DNA of 64,000 nt, from the NCBI GenBank assembly GCA_951406725.2, contig OX597815.1:168826001-168890000 (forward strand), in the 5' to 3' direction. Shown here piece by piece: positions 1 through 14,229 of the stretch (its first letter is position 1; every line of letters starts with the position of its first letter). A program made the position numbers and the translations under genes. Below the pieces are notes generated by a model. It saw only the letters and a list, made by a program, of their open reading frames with translations. It did no database searches and was not told where the DNA came from. Source of the DNA: Octopus vulgaris. Taxonomy: Eukaryota.

Positions 1-152
1 GAGTAGTTTGTGATTACCCCTAGTAGTCATAGCCATTAAATACTAATTGATGCAGATGGCCATAACCTGGAGCATAACTGGGAGTACCACAGTATCCACC
101 CCGGATAATATCACCCTCTGAACTCTATAATGAGTAGGTGTGTATGTGTGTG

Positions 153-193
<41 letters not shown>

Positions 194-1103
194 CACACAG
201 TCCAGCACCCACTGCTTGTTATTCCTAAAGACAGATTAATAGCATTTAGTTCACCAAAAACAACAGTCAAGTTTAAGTCCCAAAACTTGTACCACAACAA
301 ACTGAAGATGTTTCTAGCCTCTAACAAGCCTCTTATTACTCAAGTGACAGATGTCAGCTGTTAAACACAGAACAGGCAGCTGTCAACCAAACCCCAAAAA
401 GGTGTTTGCTAGCTGCTACAGTCAGACAAGACCCTTAAGCCACAGAAGGGATAAACAACAGCAACAACAACAACAACAAGAAAAGAAGAGGAAATAACAT
501 GAACGGTGGTGGTGGGGGAAGTGATTATTCAGAGATAATTACAAGCACAAGCCTACAGTTTAGGAAAGATTTGTGAAGAGTGAAGCTAATGTAAAGAAAA
601 CATTGTTTTAGAGCAGCCGTGTCTTGTTTTCTATTCATCTTAGCTTTAATAATGGCATAACATAATATATTTCAGTATTACAATAGCACAGCTTCAGGCA
701 AATACTCTTACTCTCTCTCTCTCTCTCTTACTATTATAAAGTAAACCCTCTCTCACTGAAAGAACTATTATAAATAATTATACATGTTTTCTCTTGTAAG
801 GGACTTATTACAATAATACTGGCAAGACACACATGCACACGCGTGCACACAATGAGGCTCAAGCAACCACCCTCCCACACACTCATAATCATTAACAATT
901 CAGCTGTTTGTACACTCATTCCTTCACACATTACTATATCTTGTAAACAAATATTTAAAAACAAATGTTTTTTTGTTTTGCTGAACAACCAAATCAATTG
1001 TTTTTTTTTTGTTTTGTTTTTTTTTCATTTTTTTATCTTTTACTTGTTTCAGTCATTAGACTGCAGCCACGCTGGAGCACCACCTTGAAGGGTATATTTA
1101 TTC

Positions 1104-1360
1104 CAGTAATTCTCATCTGGGGTCCATGTGACCCTTGAGGGTCCACATAAGATTTTGTTGTAAAATATGTGTAATGAAATCAGTTATACTTCTACAATAC
1201 ATAAAATATTAATTCAATAATTTTTTTAATACAATTCCTAATAATATTCAACTATAAAAATATATTAGGATTTTTTAAACAGTGAATGGCTAGGAGGGTC
1301 TATCTGAGTACAATGGGAATCAAAGGGGTCCAAAAGGTAAAAAACAGTTGAGAATTACTG
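1104..1360. mobile_element. hAT-like MITE; a related copy at about 60593-61617 carries nested RTE and SINE insertions
   Basis: TIRs CAGTAATTCTCA / TGAGAATTACTG with GGGGTCC subterminal motifs. It is inserted inside a SINE tail. Confidence 0.6.
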
Positions 1361-2984
1361 GTTTAGTCAAACAAATCAACCCGTTACTCTTTTACTTGTT
1401 TCAGTCATTTGACTGTAGTCATGCTGCAGCACCGCCTTTAGTCGAACAAACTGACCCCAGGACATTCTTTGTAAGCCTAGTACTTCTATCGGTCTCTTTT
1501 GCCGAACCACTACGTTACGGGGACATAAACACACCAGCATCGGTTGTCAAGTGATGTTGGGGGGACAAACACAGACACACAAACACATACATATATATAC
1601 ATATATACGACAGGCTTCTTTCAGTTTCCATCTACCAAATCCACTCACAAGGCTTTGGTTGGCCTGAGGCTATAGTTGAAGACACTTGCCCAAGATGCTG
1701 CACAGTGGGACTGAACCTGGAACTATGTGGTTCGTAAGCAAGCTACTTACCACACAGCCAATCTTTTTTCTTTTCAAGTTTGGTAGTTATTTTATCGGTT
1801 CTTTTGCCATCATGGCGATATAAAAAAAACCAACACCAGTTGTCAAGTAGTGATTTGAAACAAACACTAAGACACATACACACACACTCACACTTCTTTC
1901 AGTTTCCATCTACTCACAAGGATTTGGTCAGCCAGACGCTATAGGAGAAGACACTTGTTCAAGGTGGCATGCAGTGGAAATGAACTCAAGACTATATGGA
2001 TGGGAAGCAAGATTATCAATCACATAGCCATGTTAAACAATCTCTCAACCTAATATTATTCACATAATTGTTTATAGAATCTTATACACATCATATTCAT
2101 TTTATGTTCCCTTTTTAACATGCTGGTATGTCCACTTTTTTTTACATGCTGGTATGGGCTGTATGAGACTTAGTGAAGAAATATTCTATGGCTGGTTATC
2201 CCTCTTGTTGCTAATCCTTACCTATTTTCAACCCAAGTATTTTTATACTCCAGTGGTTTTCACATGTCAAAACTGGCAAGAGGGCATATTGTTTATAGGC
2301 AACACAATATCTTTCTCAACTCACAGGGCATTCACACACACACAACTGGCTTTTATACAGTTTCTGCCAAGCTGTTTCATTCACAAGGCATTGTTCAGCA
2401 TAAGACATTTGTCTGGAGTACTATATATATTGAGTTGGAACACAAAACCTTATAGTTACAATACAAATGTATTAAGACATATTGTAAACATGTTAAAATA
2501 AAGATGAACTATGAATTCCACTATGACATGAATTCAAAGAGAACCTGGAGCTGCAAGGGTGATATAACAGCCAATCTGCCATCTTAAAAAAAAAGGGAAA
2601 CTAATGCATATGACCCTTTACAGGGCCTTCAAGATTGGTGGAAGGGAAAGAGAAAATTATTCTCAAGCCAGAGACTTGGTCTAAATACTTGCATCTGAGT
2701 GGACACTACTAAAGTCCCCCAAGGACCAGGTGGTGATGGAAAAATATGTTACGGATTAAATCAACCACCCAAATAGACCACAGTGAGATTAGAAACCAGG
2801 ATGCAAAGAACTTGGACAAATAACACAAAACGCCCAATGTTCTAACAATTCTGCCATCCCACCATTCTAGACTGATACTTTATGGTCATGATAGGAATGT
2901 CTTTAATTGCTGACCTGCTCAATAAGAGTTAACTTGGGGCTAAATAATTTACAGAAGGTAACTCATCAAAAGTAAACTACTCCT

Positions 2985-3376
2985 TCATGGGGCACAAAAA
3001 GTCTGCTTGCGAAGACCTGTTGAGGCAAGTGAAATCGGAATCGAAATCAAAATCGCTCAAATATCAATGGAAATTGTAGTGCCGGTAAGCATGTAAAAGA
3101 ACCATCCGAACGTGGTCGTTGCCAGCGCCGCCCCAACTGGCCTCTGTGTCGGTGGCACGTAAAAAGCACCAACCGATCATGGCCGTTGCCAGCCTTGCCT
3201 GGCACGTAAAAAGCACCCACTACACCCACAGAGTGGTTGGTGTTAGGAAGGACATCCAGCTGTAGAAACACTGCCAGATCAGACTGGGCCTGGTGCAGCC
3301 TCCTGGCTTCCCAGACCCCAGTCAAACTGTCCAACCCATGCTAGCATGGAAAGAGGACGTTAAATAATGATGATGA
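2985..3376 (+). mobile_element. RTE LINE 3' UTR-only copy. Other copies at about 19596-19940, 29860-30440, 31511-31655, 35473-36260, 39876-40200, 46603-46865, 56412-56735, 59958-60140, 60677-60937 and 63033-63260
   Basis: Shared core GGAAGGGCATCCAGCTGTAGAAAC...CCCATGCTAGCATGGAAAGCGGACGTTAAACGATGATG, which matches the 3' end of the 41646-43064 element. Confidence 0.8.
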
Positions 3377-4280
3377 TACCAAAGACCAAAAACAACTTAT
3401 AACAGACTAGACCATTCTCTACTATCCCCAATATTTTTTAAACTGCAATTAAAAAAACCTGTTCACAAGCCAATGAAAAGAGTGCCTGGTTGTTTCACCT
3501 GCAAAATTTAGTCATTAAATCTCCCTTAGAAAATACTCTACAGTCTCTTAAAACCCATGAGCTAGACTTGAAAAGAAAAAAAAAAAACAAGATGGTCACC
3601 AACAGGATACCTTTAGTCATTAGATGTAACTGATCAAAGTCCATGCAGGGCTGAACAATAACATAAACAGAAAAGCTATATAGACATATAAATGTCTAAT
3701 GTTTCTTTAGCAACAATCATGAGATATTGAGCTTTTCATCAAACCATGTCCCTTCTATTTTTATCATAGCCTCTATTAATCTAAAGTTACTATGCCCATC
3801 CCAAGTCCATTGACTATTGCCTCAGTGCACCTGCCTTCCCACTTCATGATAAAAAACATGCATCAAACAATATGTGCAACCTGTCTTCTTTGTCAATGCA
3901 TTTTTATTTACTATTAACTGACATAATTTTTTTAGTATTTCATTTCTTTTTATTAGACTAAAAGTAAACCTTTAAGGACAAAGGAAAACACACACACATC
4001 AAAATTTTATTTTTTTAAATGAACCATATTTCTGTAACTAACCAAGTTAAACAGTAAACTATTCAATACTCCTTTACTTGTTTCAGTCATTTGACTGTGG
4101 CCATGCTGGAGCACCGTCTTTAGTCGAGCAAATTGACCCCAGGACTTATTCTTTGTAAGCCTAGTACTTATTCTATCGGTCTTTTTTGCTGAACCGCTAA
4201 GTTATGGGGACGTAAACACACCAGCATCGGTTGTCAAGCGATGTTGGGGGGACAAACATAGACACACACACATACATATG

Positions 4281-4312
<32 letters not shown>

Positions 4313-5337
4313 TATATACGACGGGCTTCTTTCAGTTTCCGTCTACCAAATCCACTCACAAGGCTTTGGTCGGCCCAAGGCTATAGTAGAAGACACTTGC
4401 CCAAGGTGCCACGCAGTGGGACTGAACCCGAAACCATGTGGTTTGTAAGCAAGCTCCTTACCACACAGCCACTCCTACACCTTTAAAATAAAGGACATTT
4501 TTTAAAAAAAAGTTGTCATAAAGGATTTTAACCCTTCTGATGCCAACCTTCCTGAAATGACCCTACTCTTGTGACAGAAACTTCTTATTTCAAAGTGATC
4601 TAAGTTAAAACCTTGGATGAAAATTCTATATTAATTTATGTCCCAAACAAGGCGGCAGGCAGGCAGAATTGTTAGCATGCTGGGCAAAATGCTTAATGGC
4701 ATTTTGTCCCTCTTTACATTCTGAGTAGTAATCCCACCAAGATCAACACTGCCTTTCATCCTTTTGGAGTCAATGAAATAAACACCAGTTAACCCTTTTG
4801 TTATCAACCTGGCTGAAACCCGGCTCTGGCTCTGAGTACAAAATGTCTTGTTTCCATAAGTTTTGAATTAAAATCTTCCACCAAACCTTAGTCGTAATTT
4901 ATGGTTCCTAACACTAGCTGAATGTTAACTAAGCTATTTTACTAAATTCTTTGTTATATTTAAAGTAATTGAAAGAAACACAGAGCATCTCAAAATAAAT
5001 ACAATAACGAAAGGGTTAAACACTAGGATCAATACAATCAACTTATCCCTTCCACCAAAATTGCCGGCCTTGTAACAAATTTCTGAAACCGATTTGTGTC
5101 CCAAATAGCAGCTTAATAAGGACAAAGTTATTTTACAAGATGCAATGGAATCATGTCAGTCAGTCAGTGCTTTAAAATTGTTTACACCAAATAATAAATG
5201 TTTAAATGAAGTTAACAGGCTTTGGATGTTTTTGATTGGCTAACATGTGTCTTCCACATTGCAGTCATTTTCATTTCACTAAATTCTTCATTATTTTCAC
5301 AATTAACTGAAACAAAAGCAGTGCATTTCAACAGGAA

Positions 5338-5724
5338 TCTCTCTATATATAAACGGCAAAATGTCTGTTTGTGTGTGTGTGAGAGAAAGAGAGCGTGTCC
5401 TTTATACAAATCCACAATTTTTCAGTTAGAGGGCTCGCACTTACTGTGGTCATTCAAAACCGTCCAAGGGTGGTCGTGCACATCTTTACATTTCCCCAGT
5501 CACCCCACAAAGCCATTAAAAAAATAAATAGAAGTGACTTTTTTGTGAATTTTCTATCCAAAACCCAATCAAAATGCCCGAAACTTGATACGCCAATTGA
5601 ATGCCAGCTAGCTGTTTGTGATTGGTCGGAGATTTGGACAGTACTCACATGTATGTGCGCATGCACACAGCTGCATATGCATGCACTAGCACCATGACCC
5701 GGCGTTGCTGGGTCATAGTGCTAG
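5338..5724 (+). mobile_element. Non-autonomous Helitron
   Basis: 5' TC start after A, 3' hairpin ATGACCCGGCGTTGCTGGGTCAT, then CTAG followed by T. Confidence 0.7.
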
Positions 5725-8699
5725 TATTGTAATAAAGGGTTAACAAAGATCTCAAAACAACAACTTAGCAGGTAATATCAAACTTACTTTTTAATACATT
5801 TAATTAAAAATCAAAACCTACACACTGTGTAGAATAGAGCCTTTAATGTAGGTGTATACCAAACAGAATCATAGATTATTGTTAATAATAGTGTAACAAA
5901 GAAGGCTTTTAGAAGGAGAGAGAGAGTTAGAATGACTGAGGTCAGAAGATATGAAAAAGTATTTAGAAATTTTCGAAGCCAATTTATTTGACATATGTGT
6001 ATAAATCATATATCAACTAAGCTATCAGATGCTGATATACACCACTGGTCACAATGTGCTTCACTGCATAGTTGTAGCCTTCAAATGATTGTTCCTTCTC
6101 AAGCCACACCTGGCTCATTAGGGCCGGTTTCCCGGTTTCCTTGGCGTATAGGTTCCCCACCTGGACAGGACACCAGTCCGTCGCAGGTGAGCTGCAAGAT
6201 GCAGGAGGAAAGAGTGAGAGAAAGTTGTGGCAAAAGAGTCAGCAGAAGTTCGCCATTACCTTCTCCTGGAGCAGCGTGGAGCTTAGGTGTTTTGCTCATA
6301 AACACACACATCGCCCGGTCTGAGATTCAAACCCACGATCCCTTGACTGCGAGTCCACTGCTCTAACCACTAGGCCACGTGCCTCCAAATGTAGCCTTCA
6401 AATGATACCATCCTGCTGGCTAGGCAGGCAGGTCAACATCTTCCCTTAACAGAACACCAATCTGTCACAGATTTACCCACCTATTTCTTTACTACCCACA
6501 AGGGGCTAAACACAGAGGGGACAAACAAGGACAGACAAATGGATTAAGTTGATTATATCGACCCTAGTGCGTAAGTGGTACTTATTTAATTGACCCCGAA
6601 AGGATGAAAGGCAAAGTCGACCTCAGTGGAATTTGAACTCAGAACGTAGCGGCAGACGAAATACTGCTAAACCTTTCGCCCGGAGTGCTAACGTTTCTGC
6701 CAGCTCGCCACCTTATCTGTCACAGATTTACCCACCTACAGCTGAGTGGACTGGAGTAACATGAAATGAAGTGTTTTGCTCAAGAAAACAACATGCCACT
6801 AGTCAGGGAATCAAAGCAGTAATCTTGCAATCATGAGTGCAACACCCCAGCCACTAGTGCACACTCCTTCACACGTGTATCTTTTTACATTCAAAAGCCA
6901 CAACATTTATTATTAAATAAAAAAAATATACTGCAAAGTAAATTGATTACTCCCCACCTGCTGAAGGCTTATATTGCATCTTCATTTTTGCAGTAATTAC
7001 TTTAAAATCTGGTCGGTAGGATGTTAGAAGTTTGTTTTACTAAGATATGATTTTGAAAGCCAATCTTATCTCAGGAGTTGCACACAGCAGCTCAAGAGCC
7101 ACATGCAGCTTGCAAGCCGCAGAGACCCCCCCACACACACACACCTCCTGTTGTTATATAGAGAAAAATATACTGTTTCTTCCTCTTTATGATACCTCTT
7201 TGTTTCAAGAGCAAGATGGCTATTAAATAATAGCCTCAAATCTCTCTTTCTCACTCTCTCTCTCTCACACATGATAGAGAAAGAGAGAGTGTATGAGTGA
7301 GTGTATAACTAAAAAGTAAAAAATATATATATATATATAAATCGTGATCAACTTTTCTCATTTGGAGCAAACATGTTTTCCAACTGCTGTTATGGCAGTG
7401 TGCACATGAACTGTACATGTTCAGAGTCATATATAAAATGAAATAATATCTCAATGTATATAAATTGCCTTGTTCACAAACAATATACAACAATAAAAAT
7501 AGAGTGCATACACCATCAAGAACAAAATTAATAGCAGCTGTTAAAGAAATGAACTATTTAAAATTAGCTGAATATATCCAACATAGTTGTAATAAATGTT
7601 AAGAAGAAATAGCCATTTGATAAGAAGACAGTTGACCAAGAATTCTGTTCTCGAAGTCCACAATCAGATTAAAACCTTTGGTATTCAAATTACTCTGTCA
7701 AATGTAATGATTATTTATTTACATTGCTTTGAATTAATCATGCATTATATCATAGCTTTGAGATTGCAATGATAGGATCGTTTATAGTTAGAATGACATT
7801 GTAGGTGTGAGAGGCTGAGTCTGACTGGTTTGAAGATAAAACGGAATATATGAACTGGATATGGCTAGTTTAAATGCTAAAGTTTTAAAGACCATGAGTC
7901 TTCACTCAATTGCAGATTTCTTTAGACTATTGTCTAACCCATGCTAGCATGGAAAGTGGACGCTAAATGATGAAGATGATTCAGACAAAGCGTAAGAAGT
8001 GTGATAGAGGAGCCAAATGAAAAGAAGTGATGAGATCAGATTTCAGGACATTGAGAAGTCCAGTAGAGTAAAATATGAATTAAAGGGTTCGTAGGCAAAA
8101 AATAATTGAGAACCACTGGATTAAACCGTTCAAGGTGGTGCCCCAGCATGGTTGTAGTTCAAATACTGAAACAAATAAAAGAGATTTGTACGACAGGTAA
8201 TGCAATATTTTGCTGTCTGGTTAAAGCTCCTACACTGAATGAGGATCTTTTCGGTTTGAACGGCAGTTTTCTCTAGCGGTGTCATATGAAATTGTCACCC
8301 ATAATTATGACCCTAGTATCGATCTATTGCATTTCAATCTGTTTTAGGGTTAGGGTTAGGATATCTTTTTTTCTTCAGAAATGTAAATAAACCCAATCTG
8401 TTTCTTAAACGAGGGACAGATTCATACGGCACAGAATGTTTTCACCTCAATAGACGTCATTGATTGGTTGAAATTGCAGAAATTGAAGAAAAAAAACAAC
8501 AAATATCTTACAAACAATATAATTTTCTCAATAAAGCCTAGAGAAAAAGATGCTTTATAAACACATTCTACCAGTATATGAAGTTTAAAAGTGTTTAGTT
8601 ACGTGGAAATTATTTTTAAAAACTGCCGTTCAAACCGAAAAAGACCCATAATATTATAGCAGTTTAGTCATTAACTTTCAAGCGGTCAGTTCCTTGGAA

Positions 8700-9676
8700 C
8701 GAAATGAAAATTTATTTAAAATAGAAAAAAAAAAAAAAACTAATTATATTAGTAGGAAAAATGTTCCTAACAATTACGAAATTGCGCCATCTACCTCCTC
8801 TCCACTCATCCCCCCTTTACCCAACAATAAAACTATGAGAGTGGACAGAGACACATCCAGTACGAACTTTCTGTCGTTTGCCAAAATTAAAACTGTCAAT
8901 CAACATCAGATTCCCCATCCACGCTTCATCCAGTTTTCATTTCCTTTGTAATGCATCTATATAATTAACAAACCTTTTAACGTTACGCGCGCCTAGTATT
9001 AAGATAAATTGAGAAGGAGATAGATAAAAAAATATATATAATAATAACAAAACAAAAAAAAATCAAATAAAACAGAGTTTAGAAAAGAAAAGATTAAGAA
9101 ATCTAAGTTTAATAAATTATAGCTCCGCCCTTCTTGATAGTGAACACGTGTTTATCAAGTAGGATAAACCCATCCCTCTGTTTGCCTTTAATACTCCAGC
9201 TCAAAAGTTATTCAGTCGTATTGTTACAATTCCTTTTCTTTTCGTCGCTTTCTTTCTGTTCGTAAGTTAGTGGGGCGAGAGTGGATAAAGAAAAAGTTAA
9301 TAGAGGCACGAGCATACAGGTGAGAAAGACATGTTTTGATACCCCACAGGCAGCAAATCAGCAAGCAGTCAGATCAGTTGAAAATTACCCAGTAAATATA
9401 ACATATCTATATAACTGACAAAGAGTTTAGTTGTTAAGTTCATTTGTCGAGCGGATCCGTCTTGAGAGGTTACACTATTGAGCGTCGTCGATTTTATTAT
9501 TATTAGTAACATCGTTATTGTAACTTTTTATCACGGTCCAAATCAAATCACACCCAAAAAGGATTGAATTAAAAACGGAGGGGAAAAACTCTACACTTAA
9601 ATTACTGCTTTGCTTTCTTCCTTAAAACTTGGAGAACAAAAGCTGTCAAAAATCAAGTCTCGACACAGCCAGAAAT
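8700..9676. promoter_or_regulatory. Probable promoter / 5' UTR region of the dae4-like gene, possibly bidirectional
   Basis: Repeat-free and visibly richer in CpG than its flanks. It has a GC-box-like CTCCGCCC near 9123, GCGCCATCT near 8784 and CGCGCG near 8987, and lies directly upstream of the first coding exon. Confidence 0.4.
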
Positions 9677-9757
9677 ATGATAAATTATAAGTTGCTAATA
9701 TTTTCACTGACAGTCACTACATGGATACAGACTGCAACAAGCAGCGCACTAAAAACA
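9677..9757 (+). CDS. dae4: Exon 1 (coding part) of dae4-like gene: signal peptide MINYKLLIFSLTVTTWIQTATSSALKT
   Basis: ATG at 9677, 27 codons with a basic residue, hydrophobic core and small-residue cleavage region. It ends exactly at a consensus donor ACA|GTAAGT in phase 0, matching the phase-0 acceptor at 15743. Confidence 0.8.
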
Positions 9758-10203
9758 GTAAGTATTTATTTTGTTGAACTTTCTGGCTTCATTTAATATC
9801 TTAGTATAAAACAGTATTTAACGTATACAAATATTCAAAGCATGAAACTCCATACCGCTGTATATAATATGCGTGTGAGACAAGCGTACCCCCAACACAT
9901 ATTAGGATAATTTTTTTAATGAATTTGTCTAGACAGGCGGGCGCGCACACACACACACACAGCTAATCGAAGTTACAAAGTGATTTAAGAGCCAAGAGTG
10001 TCTAGCCTGACATTACTTTTTGAGTTCTTTTTCCGTGTTTGTATTACAGATTGGATTGATAAATAATTTAATGTAATTCAGTTTGAATGATGTAAATAAC
10101 TTGGTTGAATGATAAATTTAGTGTTGCTGGTGACGCTGGTTTGTCGAGGAGGGAAGCTTTGAACAAGTGGGACAAGACAAAACGATACCTTGGCCCTTAT
10201 ATC

Positions 10204-10248
<45 letters not shown>

Positions 10249-10654
10249 ATGAGATTATATATATATATGTCCGCAGGGACCCGTATCATCATGACCGAGT
10301 GGTTCAGAAATTTACAATGCATTCATGAAGGCAGGGTTCGATCTCACTCCATGTGATCTTGGGGAAAAGATTCGACCTGAAAGTTACGTTCAAGGAACAT
10401 GCGGCGACGTCTTTAGGCATGGGCACACTGGGCAGTTTCCTGGGGGCCCCTCACGGGTCAAGGGGCACAGTTTTGATCTATGCATGCTGTAGCGTGCTGG
10501 CAATGAATAAATGTTATGAAGATCCAGTAATTTGCCCTGAGACGGCCATGGGAACATGTGTCTGTTAATAATACTCAATGAGTAAGTGTAGGTGGTACAG
10601 TTGACTGAATAAATAAAGGTTCATCGCCAAAGCCAATAGATCTATTATGTGTGT

Positions 10655-10691
<37 letters not shown>

Positions 10692-11552
10692 ATGCGTGTG
10701 TGAATGTATTTATGTAGATTTCGAAGGAGCTTACTGTGATGGCCTGCTCGATTCTCAGGATCCATATTTTATACTACTCTTTTATAAGGCATGATATATT
10801 GGTTTGAAATTTCCTGGCACAAGGTGCCAGCAAATTCGGTGGTGGTGGGGTAAGTCGACATCGGCGGAATTTGAATTCAGAATGCAAAGACTTGAAATGC
10901 TGCCGCTAAGCATTTTGCCTGGCGTGCTAATAGTTCTGCCAAATTCGTCGCCGTATAAGGAATGATATACTTCATGTAATAAATATGCAACATATATTAC
11001 ACATAATAGAAACAACATATTACATTAGATATTCACACACAATACATGAATACACCAATCTTTACGTCGTCATGTTGGCGGGTTGTCATGAACTGGGGTT
11101 CTTATATGGGGTTATTGACTTTATAGAAGAACTGGGGGATCACGTCTCGTCCTCACGTTTTCTTTTTGGTTGATTTCTACAGCCGAACTCCCTTCCCGTC
11201 ACCAACAACTGCACAGAGTGCACTGGTTGCATTTTAATATGGCAAGGGAGACTTCGTGTCCTTGGCTAGACTAATGAGTTCTCTTAACATTGCCATATCA
11301 TTCATAAACCACCATAAATCACATGTAACATATATCATGCAGCATATACATTATATTACTTCTACATACATAAATACATACATACATACATATATACACA
11401 CACACACACTCACACGTGCGTGTGTATATCGACCCCAGTGTTCAAATGGTACTTATTTCGTCGACCTCGGCGGAATTTGAACTCAACGTAAAGGCGAACG
11501 AAATGCCGCTAAGCATTTTACCCGGCGTGCTAACAAGTCTGCATGCTCACCG

Positions 11553-11605
<53 letters not shown>

Positions 11606-13226
11606 TGATGGCTGCTCCCTCGTTATTGAGTATGGACATTGCACGAGGCTTAACTGTTATCGGTTCTGTGATCGAATGTGACTTTTTAGCCCAGCTAAAG
11701 ACCTACAATGTCTTGTACAGAATTGGCAGCTAAAACCTTTGCCGGCTGTAGTTATATACACATACGTACATATACACTCATACATACATACAAACAAATT
11801 TTTAATATCAGATACACACACACACACCGTGTCTATGAGCCAATATCCTGAAACCTGACCTCCACTACTTCTTTGCTATAGCTTCCTGTATCACACTTGT
11901 TAATAGTCAAAAGAAATCTATTACATACACGCACCCACATATCTCCCATACTCAGACAAGCATTGAAACGTGGAATCGAAATTTTAGCGTCCGTAGCTGT
12001 CACCCACTGAAAAACAACAAAAGGGGTAACTTCAACAGTTTTATACAAAGAACAGGTATGCTGTTTGTGGAGAGAGAGAGAGAAAGCAGGGTGTTTATGC
12101 GCATACCTTACAGGTGGATATGAGAAGACAGCATAGACTAGAGATATCGTAGTTGAACACAAACAAGAGGTAGGGTGCGAGTGAGGTTGACAAATAGTGA
12201 GGTGGGAGCAAAGGCAGATGTTTACTGTGAGAAACAATGCTTGGCTCTGATAAAAAAAAAAGTACAAAAGAACAAAACAAAAATAGTAAAGAAAATAAGA
12301 ATGACCCGACTATGTGGGCAGCACAAGAGGGCCCGAACGTCTACGCAATTGCTCAAACTGCTAGAAATAATAGCCAGCTCTCCCTCAAATCAAACCCATA
12401 CCGTCTTAAAAAGGGAAGAGTTATACACCACTACAATGCGGTACAACAGCTAGCATATGCCTTAAAAACAGAAAAATAATGTGATGGTCACAGCTTGAAC
12501 TCTTTTTAAGGTCTGGTTGATTTGAAGCTAAACCGCTTACTGTGATTTGGAGCAAGACTCCGATAAACTGACTTCTAGGGAGTATTCAAAAGCTATCCTG
12601 TCGTTCTTAATTTCTCTGGCTTAGTTTTTCAACAGGAAGAAAATAAATTAAATGTTCATTATCCAGAACGAATTTGATATGAATGAAAAGTTAGCATATA
12701 TGTTTCACTGTCGACAAGTCAATGCATTATCCCGCTCTATCCCTGCTACAACCACCAAGTAATCGCAGTAAAACTAGTTCAGTTCACTCAAGTAAACAAC
12801 TAAGATAGAAAAGAAACAGGTCGGGTTTTTTCCCAGTTATTTTCATTGTGCATTGAGAAAAGCAAATTGAGTACAATATTTGGCGGCAGTTGAACAAGAA
12901 TGAAATAGTGGAGAGTTTTAAAATCAACATGAGGAATCATAGATTGTAAAAAGGTTGCAGGTTGGACAAGGGCGAAATGTTCTGATTTGCCCTTTGTGGT
13001 TACCCTTTATATTTATTCATCTATTTCCTAACTTTTATATCTTTCAATCGGCGATATTAAAAAAAATATTTATAAAATAGTGTTAAATTTCCAATTTTTG
13101 CATGCTGTCTTGGTTCGTGTAAGGCCTTTGTTCTTGGATTTCTGTTTTTCTTACTATTTATAGGCGCAAGAATGATTATTAAGAAGGTCGCTTTGCAACC
13201 ACGTGGTTTCGGGTTCAGTCCCACTC

Positions 13227-13286
<60 letters not shown>

Positions 13287-14229
13287 TGTTGTTTGTCCCC
13301 TTACCATGTCTTCGACAAAAGAAAAAAAAAAGAGACTAATAGAATAAGTACCAAACTTGAATATAAGTACTGGGGTCGATTTGTCCGGCAAAGCCCTTAA
13401 ATGCGGCGCCTCTCCAGCATGGCCGCATTCCAATGACTTAAACAAGTAGAAGATAAAAGATCCTTGTAACAAATAAAGAAATTAATATTTCTATCTGGGA
13501 AAATGTTCTACAGTTTCCGTTACGAGTTTATGTGTTAAATGTGATATATTACGCACAGTCGCGACAAATAAAATCTACGACGGAGTTTCGATTGTGAATA
13601 GTTTCCTTTCTTGGGGAAGGTATAAATTACGTGGTATATAAAGAAATACATAATCGAAAACAAAGCAAAAAAAAAAAAAAACACCATTATTAGTAAGAAA
13701 CTCTAGCATTCGAGGATGCTAGTTAGGATAAATTATGCCTTTCGAAATTCACTTCAATTTCCACTTGACTAGATCCAGCTGGAACACTTCTCAGCTGCTT
13801 CTGCCATTATTACCTTAAGAGCTCTGGTAATTATCATTAAGGAGATAACCACAAGGCAGAGGTAATTTCCTTGCGAATAAAACTAATTATCTTTTTTTAA
13901 TAATATCAGGATGTATGCATTTCTCTTTATATATTTCTTTATTGCCCACAAGGGGCTAAACATAGAGGGGACAAACAAGGACAGACATAGGTATTAAGTC
14001 GATTACATCGACCCCAGTGCTAAACTGGTACTTTATTTATCGACCCCGAAAGGATGAAAGACAAAGTCGACCTCGGCGGAATTTGAACTCAGAACGTAAC
14101 GACAGACGAAATATACCGCTAAGCATTTCGCCCGGCGCGCTAACGTGTCTGCCAGCTCGCCGCATTCAATGCATTTCTCTTTATATTAGTCGCTACTACC
14201 CTCGTGCCATCCACTCACTGACTGTGTTA

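Noticed and set aside
1-130. Possible minus-strand coding segment (SSEGDIIRGGYCGTPSYAPGYGHLHQLVFNGYDY*, or a start MAMTTRGNHKLL running off the edge)
   Set aside because: The acceptor is weak, two readings compete, and the window edge prevents a decision.
9721-9757. Alternative start MDTDCNKQRTKN for exon 1
   Set aside because: It ends in phase 1 and is out of frame with exon 2. The ATG at 9677 gives phase 0 and a signal peptide.
11960-12330. Possible LINE endonuclease remnants (also about 21290-21720)
   Set aside because: Purine-rich and LINE-like, but too decayed to assign with any confidence.
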